Source: an uncultured Atribacterota bacterium (GTDB taxonomy: Bacteria; Atribacterota; Phoenicimicrobiia; Phoenicimicrobiales; Stramentimicrobiaceae). Taken from it: a DNA stretch of 64,000 nucleotides. Shown one piece after another: positions 38,525-49,029 of the stretch. The number at the start of each line of letters is the position of its first letter. Position 1 is the first letter of the stretch. The stretch lies in NCBI GenBank assembly GCA_964433555.1, contig CAYSRG010000003.1, forward strand, positions 80,954 to 144,953, given 5' to 3'. The notes under the pieces are model-generated. The model made no database searches, was not told where the DNA came from, and saw only the letters and a program-made list of their open reading frames with translations. Both the position numbers and the translations under genes were made by a program.

Positions 38525-41359
38525 ATGAAAAAGTATTTGTTACATTCAGATAAAAAAATAGAAAAACAAAAAGTATATTTTTGTTCTAAAGATAGTTTGA
38601 TTCAGGAATGCACAATCTTCCAATATAATCCAGAAGCTATGCTTTTTGTAGATAAAAACAGAAGAGTGCTGGCAATAAACCCTAGATTCAGTCAACTTTT
38701 TGATTACCAGCTGGAAGACGTGCAAGGTAAAAAGATCGATGCTTTTATTCTATTTGCCAATAATAAACAGAAAAGTTATGCAGATTTTTGGAAAAAGCTC
38801 GGTCAACAGTTTTACATCTCTGAAGCCATACTAACCAAGAAAGACCATTCTGTTGTGGAAATAGAAATTTCTGCCTCTCACATTTATAGCTCTAAGCAAA
38901 ACCATCAAGGAATTTTATTAGCCTTTAAGGATATCACCCAGAGAAACGAGAACGAAAAGTTAAACAAGGTCTTATATAATATTTCCAAGGCAGCTAACTC
39001 AAATATCTCTTTACAAGAACTTTATGATACTATTTATCAGGAGCTTAATAATATTATCGATGCCAAAAATTTTCATATTGCCCTCTGGGATAAAGAAAAA
39101 GACAAGGTTATCTTTACCTATTTTGTTGACGAAAAAGATAAGCTAGATGAAAGGGAAAATAAACGGGGAGTATCGGGTACTCTGGCTAATTACAATATAA
39201 AATATGGTAAATCTCTTCTGGCAAATTATGATCAGATATTAAAGTTTGCTGAAGCAGGGCAAGTTAACATTGCCAATATTGGAACATTGACTGAGAAAAC
39301 CTCCTGGTTGGGAGTACCACTTAAAAGTGGCAATCAAATTATCGGTTCCATGGCAGCTGTCAATTATGATAAACAAGATATATATTCTGAAAAAGATATT
39401 AATTTAATGGAATTTGTTTCCGAACAGGTAGCCACCGCTATTGAAAGAAAGAGATCAGAAGAATCCTTGCGTCAAAATGAAGAAAAATTCGTTTCCCTCT
39501 TCCGAAGTAATCCTCCAGCTACTCTTTATCAGGATGAGGAAGGCACAATATTGGATATTAATCTTAGATTTACTGAATTATTTGGTTATAAGCGAGAAGA
39601 TGTTATAGGTGAAAATATCGATCAAATCAATTTTTATCCCCCGGAAAAAACAAAGGAAGGGAAAAAGTTAACCAGAAGTGCTTCCCGCTCAACCTTGATT
39701 AAATATGAAACTTACCGCAGGTCAAAAGACGGCAGGGATATTCCTGTTCAAATTTCAACATCTCAAGTAAAAATTAAGGACCAAGTGCGAGGAATTATTG
39801 CACTCTATGAAGATATTACTGAGCAAAAACAAAATGAGAAATTGAAGCAGGTTCTCTATAATATTTCTCAAGCTGCTAACTCTAAGATAACCCTTGTTCA
39901 ACTTTATAGTATTATCCATATGGAATTAAAAAAAGTCATAAATGCTGATAATTTTTATATTGCCCTTTTAGACGAAAGTACTAATGAATTATGCTTTGTC
40001 TATTATAATGATGAAAAAGAAACCGATTTCTGTTCGAAAAATATTAGCCAAAGGATTACTCTCACCGATTATCTCATTGTGCATCAGCAGTCTCTCCTAT
40101 TAAATTATAATCAGATTCAGGAATTAGTGCTGGGAGGCAAGGTTCAAGATCCAGGAGCTGTTACTGAGGAGATATGTTGGTTAAGTGTCCCTCTGGAAAC
40201 GGAAGGCAAAGTTATCGGAGCTATGACTGTCCAGAATTATTACAATCCTACTAGTTATTCGGAAAAGGATATTAAACTTATGGAGATAGTGGCAGATCAG
40301 GTTGCCACCGCTATTGTAATAAAACAAAGTGAAGAGAAGATTACTTATATCAGTTTTCATGATACTCTCACCGGTCTATACAACAGGGCTTATTTTAAAG
40401 AAGAATTAAAAAGAATGAATCATCCCAGGTTTTTCCCTCTGAGTGTAGTAATGATTGATGTTAATGGATTGAAAGCAGTTAATGATGCCTTTGGACACCA
40501 TCAGGGAGATGAGTTATTAAAAAATTTAGCTAAAATACTACAAAGCAATTCTCGGGAAGTTGATGTTCTGGCACGCTTGGGAGGTGATGAATTTGCTATC
40601 ATTCTTCCCACTACCTCTATATCAGACGTGGAAGCTTTCAGTCAGAGAATAAATAATAGTTGCAAACAAAACTATTTCCAACCAGCGTATCTTAATCCTA
40701 ACATTTCTATAGGATTTGCTACTCAAGAGGGTGCCTTAGTTAATTGTGAAGAAATTATAAAAGAAGCTGACCATAAAATGTATCAAAATAAACTATTCAA
40801 CGCCAAAAGCAGAGAAAAATACCTTCTGAACGCTTTCCTAACCATACTGGCAGAAAGAGATGTGCATACAGAAAGTCACGCCCAACGTTTGGCAAATATT
40901 TCCTCTATAATGGGTCAAAAAATTGGCTTAAATCATTATGAACTAAATAGACTTCATTTATTGGCTTTGTTACATGATATTGGTAAAATTGGTATTCCCG
41001 AAGACATTCTATTCAAAGCTGATCCTCTGACTAATAAAGAATGGGAAAAATTAAAAAATCATTGCCAGATTGGTTACCGTATTGCCAAAAATATTCCTGA
41101 CTTCTCTTCTATTGCCAAAGAAATTTTATACCATCATGAACGATGGGATGGCACCGGATACCCGGTGGGTTTGAAAGAGAAAGAAATTCCCTTGCTCTCC
41201 AGGATTATTGCTATTGTTGATGCCTATGATACTATGCAATCCAGTAGGAATTACAAAAAAACATTAAACCAGAAGGAAGCATTGGAGGTAGTAAGGAAAA
41301 ATGCAGGCAGTCAGTTTGATCCAGACCTGGTTACTATTTTTTTAGAAGTTCTAAGGTAA
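38525..41359 (+). CDS. (PAS-GAF)x2-GGDEF-HD-GYP c-di-GMP enzyme
   Basis: duplicated PAS-GAF units, HDTLTGLYNR, REVD I-site plus GGDEF, LHDIGKIG, HHERWDGTGYP. Confidence 0.93.
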   Translation: MKKYLLHSDKKIEKQKVYFCSKDSLIQECTIFQYNPEAMLFVDKNRRVLAINPRFSQLFDYQLEDVQGKKIDAFILFANNKQKSYADFWKKLGQQFYISEAILTKKDHSVVEIEISASHIYSSKQNHQGILLAFKDITQRNENEKLNKVLYNISKAANSNISLQELYDTIYQELNNIIDAKNFHIALWDKEKDKVIFTYFVDEKDKLDERENKRGVSGTLANYNIKYGKSLLANYDQILKFAEAGQVNIANIGTLTEKTSWLGVPLKSGNQIIGSMAAVNYDKQDIYSEKDINLMEFVSEQVATAIERKRSEESLRQNEEKFVSLFRSNPPATLYQDEEGTILDINLRFTELFGYKREDVIGENIDQINFYPPEKTKEGKKLTRSASRSTLIKYETYRRSKDGRDIPVQISTSQVKIKDQVRGIIALYEDITEQKQNEKLKQVLYNISQAANSKITLVQLYSIIHMELKKVINADNFYIALLDESTNELCFVYYNDEKETDFCSKNISQRITLTDYLIVHQQSLLLNYNQIQELVLGGKVQDPGAVTEEICWLSVPLETEGKVIGAMTVQNYYNPTSYSEKDIKLMEIVADQVATAIVIKQSEEKITYISFHDTLTGLYNRAYFKEELKRMNHPRFFPLSVVMIDVNGLKAVNDAFGHHQGDELLKNLAKILQSNSREVDVLARLGGDEFAIILPTTSISDVEAFSQRINNSCKQNYFQPAYLNPNISIGFATQEGALVNCEEIIKEADHKMYQNKLFNAKSREKYLLNAFLTILAERDVHTESHAQRLANISSIMGQKIGLNHYELNRLHLLALLHDIGKIGIPEDILFKADPLTNKEWEKLKNHCQIGYRIAKNIPDFSSIAKEILYHHERWDGTGYPVGLKEKEIPLLSRIIAIVDAYDTMQSSRNYKKTLNQKEALEVVRKNAGSQFDPDLVTIFLEVLR

Positions 41360-41424
41360 TTGCTTTATAAATAAGATTTCTTTATTGCTGTTAAGAATTA
41401 ATTTTAGAACTAATAGTTAATTTT

Positions 41425-41515
41425 GGTAAAAATAAATTACCCGACTGTTGCCGGGTAATTTATTTAGGAGGTTTAAAAATGAAAAAGTTTATTTAAAAAG
41501 ATATTTTTTAATTGA
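41425..41515 (-). ncRNA. candidate small RNA with anti-SD/anti-AUG sequence
   Basis: minus-strand promoter TTGACA(41548-41543)-16-TAAAAT(41526-41521) with extended TG; body contains TTTTTCATTTTTAAACCTCCT; ends in an intrinsic terminator. Confidence 0.55.
41430..41465. terminator. intrinsic terminator, bidirectional
   Basis: perfect 14-bp arms AAATAAATTACCCG / CGGGTAATTTATTT. Confidence 0.8.
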
Positions 41516-41553
41516 TAAAAATTTTAGCACTTATTTTTAATATGTCAAGGGTA

Positions 41554-42483
41554 CTAAGTAATTTTTTTTAGATATATTTTTCCCTGTTGGTGCCAAAAAT
41601 TTCTAATCTGTTTTCTTAGCTGGGCAGAATATTCTGGAATGGCTCCAGAACGGCTAGCTACAAATGCTCCTACCTGATTAGCAAATATTGCTGATTTTCC
41701 AGCACCTGCTCCAGATAAAAAGGCAAACAAAAATGCCGCACTGTAACTATCACCTGACCCCACCGTATCCTGAACCTTTGTTTTAACACCAGGAATAGAA
41801 TAACAATTATCTCCTTCATAGACCAAAGAACCTTTCTCTCCCAGGGTTAGGCATAAGATTTTTAGTTTGTATTTTGAAGATAACGCCTGAAAGATATCTT
41901 CTCTGCAGTAGATTTTGCCAAATAATAGTTTAGAAATATTAATAGCTTCTTCTTCATTCAGTTTTAAAATGGTATTAAAATGTAAAGATTGTTCAATCCA
42001 TTCTCTCTGATAAAAGTTCTGTCTAAGATTGACATCATAAAACATCTCTCTACAGGATAAATTTGATAATAATTCATAAAGAAGATCTCTATTAACTGCT
42101 GAACGCTGAGCTAAAGTACCAAAGCAGAAGGCATCCCAGGTCTCTTTTAATAATTTATCCTTAGATTCTTTGCTTAACATAATCTGATCCCATGCTACTC
42201 CTTTGTGTATGTTATATTTTGGGTATCCCTGCTGGTCTACATACACCTCAACCTTTCCGGTTGGCAAATTCAGATTAGTGGTAATATACCGAGTATCAAG
42301 TCCATACTTTTTGGCAATTCTTAAGGCTTCCCTGCCTAATTTATCTCTTCCGACCGCAGAAATAAATGTTGACTTAACACCCATTCCAGCTAAATGGCAG
42401 GCTAAATTGAATGGTGCGCCACCTATATACGCCTTTCCTGCAATGATATCCCATAATAATTCACCAAATGATAAAACTTTCAC
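41554..42483 (-). CDS. PfkB-family carbohydrate kinase
   Basis: FGELLWD, GGAPFN.A, YDVNLR, LKLNEEE, DTVGSGDSY. Confidence 0.93.
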   Translation of the reverse strand: MKVLSFGELLWDIIAGKAYIGGAPFNLACHLAGMGVKSTFISAVGRDKLGREALRIAKKYGLDTRYITTNLNLPTGKVEVYVDQQGYPKYNIHKGVAWDQIMLSKESKDKLLKETWDAFCFGTLAQRSAVNRDLLYELLSNLSCREMFYDVNLRQNFYQREWIEQSLHFNTILKLNEEEAINISKLLFGKIYCREDIFQALSSKYKLKILCLTLGEKGSLVYEGDNCYSIPGVKTKVQDTVGSGDSYSAAFLFAFLSGAGAGKSAIFANQVGAFVASRSGAIPEYSAQLRKQIRNFWHQQGKIYLKKIT

Positions 42484-42519
42484 TGTTCTTTTTCCTCTTC
42501 ACAAATCTATCTATGACTT

Positions 42520-43782
42520 TTAAATTGGTTGAGCATTGGCAAGCAAATACTTTTCTGCCTGTGGTGACCATAATCCATTAGTTACTGACAGAATATCAGC
42601 CAATCCTCTCATTACAGGTTCTTCCTTTACTTTTTGCGGTATTTCGGAAAGAGCAATAAGATCCATTTTGATATTGGTGTATATTAATTTCTTCCCCCCA
42701 GGAATCGTGGGTAAATTAAGTGTGGTTTCAACCACACAGTTTAATCCACCTATGTGAGTAACCATAGCAGCAGGATTAATAACATTTTTTCCCATCATTT
42801 CCAGTGCTTCAATCATATCCTCTGTATTTCCACCACTGCTTCCCACTAGATGGGTGGATAAATAATGAATATTATAAAAATTCACAGTTGCATTAAAATG
42901 GGTATCTGTGGGACCGGCAAAAAAATTTAAACATCCATCTCTGGCTAATAAGGAATCACCCAACTCAACAACTTCCCTTATGGGCGCCATGATAAATATA
43001 TCATCATATCCTCTCCCTTCGCTGATGCAAAGTAATGATTTGCTTATATCTTTTTCTTTTAGAGGATTAAGATAGATAAGTTTAACTCCCATTTTCTCAG
43101 CTTTAGAAACAGAAAATATCTTTCCAGCTCTATACAATCGTTGGTCGTCAACATCTGTTATTACCAGTAATCCTGGCCTCTTTTCCCGATGTAGTGCATA
43201 ATCAATCATGCCTAAACCCATCGGTCCAGCCCCTCCCATAATCATCATATTCCCTTTTTCTTTTATTCCCATATAATGAATATATTCTCCTGGAGTAGTA
43301 TGAAAACTGGTATGAAAGGCACCAATAATACAGGACATTGGTTCTGCTAAAGAACCACTATAAAAAGCTTCACCTTTATAATGAAGCAAGCAATTCATTT
43401 CCATTACCTGATTGGGGATAATTATATAGGTAGCATCACCGCCAATATAAGGGAAAGAATAGCCAGGAGCATCAAGCGTTCCTTGATAATTTAATGCTGG
43501 TTGAATAGCAAATTTCTCTCCGCTATGAAATTCATGCTGCCATTTTTTCCCTACTTCAATAATTTCACCGCAAAACTCATGTCCAATAATAGTAGGATTC
43601 TCACGAATATTCTCTGGTACCCGCTTGTGTTTTTCACCCTGAATAGCTGCTTTATAAGATGAAAGACATAAACTATCTGTAATAACATGAGCTAATATTT
43701 CATCATCCTGTCTAGGAGGTAACTCAAACTCTTCCAGCCGTAAATCATTTTTTCCGTAAATTCGAACAGCTTTCGTTTTCAT
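42520..43782 (-). CDS. sorE: L-sorbose-1-phosphate reductase-like Zn-dependent (MDR) oxidoreductase
   Basis: TDSLCLSS, IIGHEFCG, PGYSFP, EPMSCIIGAF, GPMG...IDYALH, DGCLNFFAGP, GSSGGNT, PGGKKLIY follow the SorE pattern over the full length. Confidence 0.85.
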   Translation of the reverse strand: MKTKAVRIYGKNDLRLEEFELPPRQDDEILAHVITDSLCLSSYKAAIQGEKHKRVPENIRENPTIIGHEFCGEIIEVGKKWQHEFHSGEKFAIQPALNYQGTLDAPGYSFPYIGGDATYIIIPNQVMEMNCLLHYKGEAFYSGSLAEPMSCIIGAFHTSFHTTPGEYIHYMGIKEKGNMMIMGGAGPMGLGMIDYALHREKRPGLLVITDVDDQRLYRAGKIFSVSKAEKMGVKLIYLNPLKEKDISKSLLCISEGRGYDDIFIMAPIREVVELGDSLLARDGCLNFFAGPTDTHFNATVNFYNIHYLSTHLVGSSGGNTEDMIEALEMMGKNVINPAAMVTHIGGLNCVVETTLNLPTIPGGKKLIYTNIKMDLIALSEIPQKVKEEPVMRGLADILSVTNGLWSPQAEKYLLANAQPI

Positions 43783-43811
43783 AGTATTACCCTTTTCATT
43801 TATATCATTGA

Positions 43812-45062
43812 TTATCTTAACATGACCTGCCCACCGGCAACAGGTATCGCCTGACCTGTTTCATACTTCTGTCCGATAACATACAATACTGCTTTTACAA
43901 TATCCTCACAACTACAACCCCTACCCACAGGTATTTTGGATTTATAGAATTGCCTAACATCATCAATATTACGAGCCCCTGGTACTTTGCCACTTTTTAG
44001 ATATTGTACAAAAAGACCATTTCGGGGATCAGACCAGAGAGGACCTTCGAAAAAATTACCAGGACATATTGCATTTACCTTAATATTATCTTCTAATAAT
44101 TCCTTAGCAAAGCTTTGTGTTAATCCTATACCGGCAAACTTGCTTCCAGCATAAGCACAATTCTTATAGGAACCTTCTAATCCAGATTTGGAATTAATTT
44201 GAATAATATCAGTTATATAATCAGAATGACCCTTGTTCTGCCAAGCCATTACCCGGGAGGCATGTTTGGTACATAAAAAGTAACCAAAGTAATTTACCTT
44301 ATTGACAAACTGAAAATCCTGAAAATTCATTTCCTTAACACTTTCGGCTTTCAGTACACCTGCATTATTAATAAATACATCCATTCCACCTGTATTTCTA
44401 ACAATCTCCTCAGTCATTTCCTGTACTGATTTCTCATTGGTCACATCAACGCTTACTGCGAAAGCACACTTTTTATCATAAAGATAATTCAATTCCTCCA
44501 CCAATTTTGCAGCACCCTCCCTATTAATATCAGCTACAAATAAGAAGGCACCCATTTTAACCAAGTTTCTGACCAAACAGGCGCCAATTCCCTGGGCACC
44601 TCCGGTAACTACAATGATCTTTCCTTTTACACTGCAGGTAATCTCATAGTCTGGTTTTGAGACACTTTTCTGAGGAACAGACACCTGCATTAGTTCAGTT
44701 AAAGGCTCTTTCTGTGTATCCAGACATTCTTGATAGTTAGAACCTGAAAATAAAATCATATCATTATCTAATGTAATAATATGAGGATGATATTTATGTC
44801 CCTTCAGATACTGCTGATAATCCTGAGAAAGTCTTTTTATGATATCATATTTTTTTTCTAAGAAGGACTCTTCATCAATGGAAAGTTCAATAGTAAGAGG
44901 TGGGTTTAACAATTTTCCAGTTCTGGAAAGTTCATTAATTTTGTCCTTGAGCTGTAAAATTTTTCCTGGATTCTTCTCATATTTTATATACCTACCCTTT
45001 TCACCATCAAAACTAAGACCTCTAATCAGAGGAATAAGCATATTTAGAAATGAATTTTTCAT
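43812..45062 (-). CDS. sorbitol-6-phosphate-dehydrogenase-like SDR with ~145-aa N-terminal extension
   Basis: TGGAQGIG, NNAG, IIQINSKSG, YAGSKF.G.GLTQS, K.P..RGC, TGQ...V.GGQVM as in SrlD/GutD. Confidence 0.8.
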   Translation of the reverse strand: MKNSFLNMLIPLIRGLSFDGEKGRYIKYEKNPGKILQLKDKINELSRTGKLLNPPLTIELSIDEESFLEKKYDIIKRLSQDYQQYLKGHKYHPHIITLDNDMILFSGSNYQECLDTQKEPLTELMQVSVPQKSVSKPDYEITCSVKGKIIVVTGGAQGIGACLVRNLVKMGAFLFVADINREGAAKLVEELNYLYDKKCAFAVSVDVTNEKSVQEMTEEIVRNTGGMDVFINNAGVLKAESVKEMNFQDFQFVNKVNYFGYFLCTKHASRVMAWQNKGHSDYITDIIQINSKSGLEGSYKNCAYAGSKFAGIGLTQSFAKELLEDNIKVNAICPGNFFEGPLWSDPRNGLFVQYLKSGKVPGARNIDDVRQFYKSKIPVGRGCSCEDIVKAVLYVIGQKYETGQAIPVAGGQVMLR

Positions 45063-45100
45063 AAAATCCTCCCAGTGGTAAAGATTAACCAGAGAATAAT

Positions 45101-46432
45101 TTATACATATGGTAATAAATGAGCTACGTTCTCTGGATTATAAGGATCAATTTGTCGGCCAATAGCACCATAAACTTTTAGCTTATATCTTAAGGAATGG
45201 TTTCTCAAAGGATTCTGCTCATTAAAAAGAGCGTAGTGTAGATTGTAATTTGCTAATTTCTCATGAGCAATTAAAGCCCAGGTCATATCAATTAAATGTT
45301 GAAATGGTGGTTTTAGTATTTCAGGACAATTAAAACTTTGTCTGGATTGATTGATATCCACTCCACTTATCTCCATCAAATTATATTCCTGACAGAGCTG
45401 CTGTACTCTTTTTAATTGCTGGATGGTATTGCGAGGTGGCATATAGGTTACTGCTTTAAAACCAATACTTTTTATCTCAGCAAATAATTCTTCTAAATAA
45501 TCATCTTCAAATTTCTGGCTCTTCTTATCACCAGTAGGAGATTCTAATACATCACCTAAATAGGCATAGGCTGGAATAGCATAGATAGAATTAGCAAAAT
45601 TTATTGCTTCATAAACTGAAATACACTCCTGATAGTCAGGTTCTATATAAATATTTTCCATGAATGAACTCTTTAAAATCCCTAATAAATCATAAAGATA
45701 GTGGGGATTATTGGATTCAATTAAGTATGATTTGATTTTTTCTGGAATGATAATTCTTAATTTTCCTTGTAAAAAACTAATCAATTTTTTACCCTTGCCA
45801 ATTTGCTGAACTAAATTTTTGGCTAGAGCAAGAAGAAGATGTCTCTCGGTAACACTGCCCCCCTCATCAGCCTTAGATAGAGGGAAAATATTCTGGTAAT
45901 AATCAATTTTTTCAATACCAAAATCAAATAATAATTGATTCATTCTTTCTACCATTAAATAATTTCTGGCATTACGTCTTTCATTGATGGATTTAAGAAA
46001 TTCTTTTGTTCTGCTAAACTGGCTCTGCGCTATACCATGTATGGCAATATAGGCTATATTTTTAGAATCAGGACTGTTTATTCGCCTTCCTTGTAGTCTA
46101 GTCTGATTAAAATTAACCCTCAATTCAAAACCTACTGTAGAAGATATTCCTATACTTTTGCAGGCGAACAATAATTCTTCACATCCTGCGATAGAATCAT
46201 GATCCATAATACCGATAGTTTGAAGTCCAGCTTTCCAGGCCTGAAAGGCTGTGCAGGAAGGAGAATAAGGACTAAAAGAATAAATGGTATGAACATGATT
46301 GTTAACCTCTTCGCTTTTCTTTCTAATTATTTTCCCCTTTTTTATCATCTTTCCTATCTCGGTAATTGCTTGCAAGCGCTCTGTTTTAGTTGTACTATTT
46401 AATTTTTCTGTAAGATAAATTAAAATATCCAT
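45101..46432 (-). CDS. PHP-domain protein with atypical metal ligands
   Basis: NNHVHT..S, GIMDHD, GFELR, IAIHG present; usual AHP and GSDxH positions read AYL and GVDIN. Confidence 0.8.
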   Translation of the reverse strand: MDILIYLTEKLNSTTKTERLQAITEIGKMIKKGKIIRKKSEEVNNHVHTIYSFSPYSPSCTAFQAWKAGLQTIGIMDHDSIAGCEELLFACKSIGISSTVGFELRVNFNQTRLQGRRINSPDSKNIAYIAIHGIAQSQFSRTKEFLKSINERRNARNYLMVERMNQLLFDFGIEKIDYYQNIFPLSKADEGGSVTERHLLLALAKNLVQQIGKGKKLISFLQGKLRIIIPEKIKSYLIESNNPHYLYDLLGILKSSFMENIYIEPDYQECISVYEAINFANSIYAIPAYAYLGDVLESPTGDKKSQKFEDDYLEELFAEIKSIGFKAVTYMPPRNTIQQLKRVQQLCQEYNLMEISGVDINQSRQSFNCPEILKPPFQHLIDMTWALIAHEKLANYNLHYALFNEQNPLRNHSLRYKLKVYGAIGRQIDPYNPENVAHLLPYV

Positions 46433-46509
46433 ATAACCTTACTTTGATTAGTTCTTAATTTAATATAGTGGTGTAAAATATTTTTAGAATTATTAGAAAC
46501 GGTAAAAAT

Positions 46510-48966
46510 TTATACACCTTGCTTATTTCTCCGAATAATCTCCTTAATACTCTGCTTGGTGGAAACTTCATGTCCTGGAAGTGGACATATTCGTTCATGT
46601 AAGGCATCAATAATCCACTCCTTCTGAGGAAAGAATACTTCTTCCAGCTCAGCAGGGGGAGTAATCCAGTTCCTAGAACCCAATATCACAATTGGTCCAT
46701 CCAGAAGATCAAATAACAGTTGATGGAGATTAGATGCCACTGTATGGAGAAAAGAACCTCTTTCACAGGCATCTGAAGCTAATAATACTTTTCCGGTCTT
46801 TTGAACAGAATTAATCAATATCTGGTAATCGAGGGGATTAATAAATCTCAAATCTATAACTTCAGTAGAAAGATGATACTTTTCTTCTAACAACTGCGCT
46901 GCTTCTAAAGCACGATACAAGGTAGCACCAATAGTAATTATGGTCACATCTTTTCCTTCTCTTCTAACTATGGGTTCACCTTCATTGATTTCATAATAAC
47001 CGGTAGGAACTCCCTCTTTAACAAATTGTTCTCCAATGTCATACAATCTTTGACTCTCAAAAAAGATAACCGGATCAGTTCCTCTTAAAGCCAGATTTAA
47101 CATACCTTTGGCATCATAGGGAGTTGCTGGAAACATTACCTTTAAGCCCGGGATATGAGCCACTAAAGAAGCCCAATCTTGAGAATGTTGCGCACCATAT
47201 TTATTACCTACCGAAACTCGAACTACCAGTGGCATCTTCAATACAGCAGCGGACATAGCCTGCCATTTGGAAATTTGGTTAAAAATTTCATCACCTGCTC
47301 TACCCATAAAATCACAGTACATCAATTCCACTACTGCCCGTCCTCCGCTTAAAGCATAACCAGCAGCGGAACCAACAATAGCTCCTTCTGAAATTGAGGT
47401 ATTAAACAAACGATGATAAGGAAGCGATTCGCTTAATCCGCGATACACACCAAACGCTCCACCCCATTCCCTGTTTTCTTCTCCATAGGCAACCATCGTA
47501 GGATCCTGAGAAAAACGAAATAGCATGGCTTCAAAGAGAGCATCCCGATAGGTAAGCTGGCGCATTCTGGGTACCTCTTTTCCCCTCTCATCAAGATAAT
47601 AACGCTTTTTCTGAGCTATAGACTTTACGCGTGAATTTTTATTCTCTGGTATTAATAACTCAGGTTTCCGATCATCCATTTTATCCATCAGTTGGTTGGA
47701 AAACATAAACCTCTCAATCAAGTCACCATTCGGTCTGGGTGATATTTCCTCAGAAGAAGCTAATTGAGTAATATGTTTTATTTTTTTTCTTACTATTTCC
47801 TTTATTTTCTGGCATTCCGCATCATTTATGAGGCCATGCACTTGCAGATATTTCCGATAACCTTCCAAACCATCTACTGCCTGCCAACTTTCGATTTCTT
47901 CTCTAGACCGGTAGGTAGAAGGATCAGAGGGAGAATGACCGGAAAAGCGATAAGTAATAGTATCCAATAATACAGGCCCTTCTCCGGCTAATAATAACTT
48001 TTTTTTACGTTTAATGGCATCAGCGACTGCTAAAGGATTGTATCCATCTACTCTCTCACTATGCATATTTTGGTAATTCACTCCTGCTCCCACCCGTGCC
48101 AGATACTGAAAGCCCATAGTTTCACCAGAGGTCTGTCCACCCATGCCATAAAAATTATTAAAAAAATTAAATAAAATTGGAGGAGCTCCTCCGATCTTTT
48201 TGTTCCATAGGGTATGAAATTGTTCCATAGCAGCAATAGTAATTGCCTCCCATACTGGTCCACAACCCATAGCACCATCACCTATACAGCTTATGACTAT
48301 TCCCGGTTTTCGGTTAATTCTCTTAAAAAAAGCTGCCCCTACACTGATATCCGCAGAACCACCTACAATAGCATTATTGGGCATACTGCCAAATGGGGCA
48401 AAAAAGGCATGCATGGAACCTCCCATTCCCCTGTTAAAACCATCTTTACGTCCAAATATTTCTGCTAATACTCCATACAAAATAAAATCCTCTACCAGAT
48501 CTGAAAATTCTCCCTGATGGTGTTTTTCCACTACTCTTAAACATGAACCATCCAGATAGTCTTGCATAACTTGCCATAACTCTTTTTTCTCTAATTTTCT
48601 TACAGCAGCAAAACACTTAGCTAGAATCTCTCCATGGCTACGGTGAGAACCAAAGATATAATCATCAGGTTCTAAGTTAAGACACATTCCTACTGTTGCT
48701 GATTCCTGTCCTAAAGAAAGATGGGCTGGTCCCGCATGTTTATAATATATTTCCTGGTAGGAACCTTTAGTTTTAATATTATCCAGCATAGTTTCAAACT
48801 CGCGAATAATCAGCATATCGTAATATATTTGTTTCAATGTTGATTCTCCATAAAGACTTAACTCTTTCTTAATATCTGGTTGATATTGATTAAGGGGAAT
48901 ACTATCAATATGAATATAACCTTTTTGCCGGACTTCTTTAGGATCAACAAATAATGATTTGGGCAT
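46510..48966 (-). CDS. fused alpha/beta E1 component of a ThDP-dependent 2-oxoacid/acyloin dehydrogenase
   Basis: [18 protein letters not shown], ThDP motif GDG...[10 protein letters not shown]; beta half [23 protein letters not shown]. Confidence 0.92.
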   Translation of the reverse strand: MPKSLFVDPKEVRQKGYIHIDSIPLNQYQPDIKKELSLYGESTLKQIYYDMLIIREFETMLDNIKTKGSYQEIYYKHAGPAHLSLGQESATVGMCLNLEPDDYIFGSHRSHGEILAKCFAAVRKLEKKELWQVMQDYLDGSCLRVVEKHHQGEFSDLVEDFILYGVLAEIFGRKDGFNRGMGGSMHAFFAPFGSMPNNAIVGGSADISVGAAFFKRINRKPGIVISCIGDGAMGCGPVWEAITIAAMEQFHTLWNKKIGGAPPILFNFFNNFYGMGGQTSGETMGFQYLARVGAGVNYQNMHSERVDGYNPLAVADAIKRKKKLLLAGEGPVLLDTITYRFSGHSPSDPSTYRSREEIESWQAVDGLEGYRKYLQVHGLINDAECQKIKEIVRKKIKHITQLASSEEISPRPNGDLIERFMFSNQLMDKMDDRKPELLIPENKNSRVKSIAQKKRYYLDERGKEVPRMRQLTYRDALFEAMLFRFSQDPTMVAYGEENREWGGAFGVYRGLSESLPYHRLFNTSISEGAIVGSAAGYALSGGRAVVELMYCDFMGRAGDEIFNQISKWQAMSAAVLKMPLVVRVSVGNKYGAQHSQDWASLVAHIPGLKVMFPATPYDAKGMLNLALRGTDPVIFFESQRLYDIGEQFVKEGVPTGYYEINEGEPIVRREGKDVTIITIGATLYRALEAAQLLEEKYHLSTEVIDLRFINPLDYQILINSVQKTGKVLLASDACERGSFLHTVASNLHQLLFDLLDGPIVILGSRNWITPPAELEEVFFPQKEWIIDALHERICPLPGHEVSTKQSIKEIIRRNKQGV

Positions 48967-49029
48967 TTATATCACTCCTTCCTGTAGCAATCTCAGTAAA
49001 GAAAAGCATAGCATAATAGATTTTTTTAA

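Noticed and set aside
41466-41496. plus-strand AGGAGG plus ATG as a protein-coding gene
   Set aside because: Encodes only MKKFI* directly after a terminator; better explained as the complement of a minus-strand sRNA
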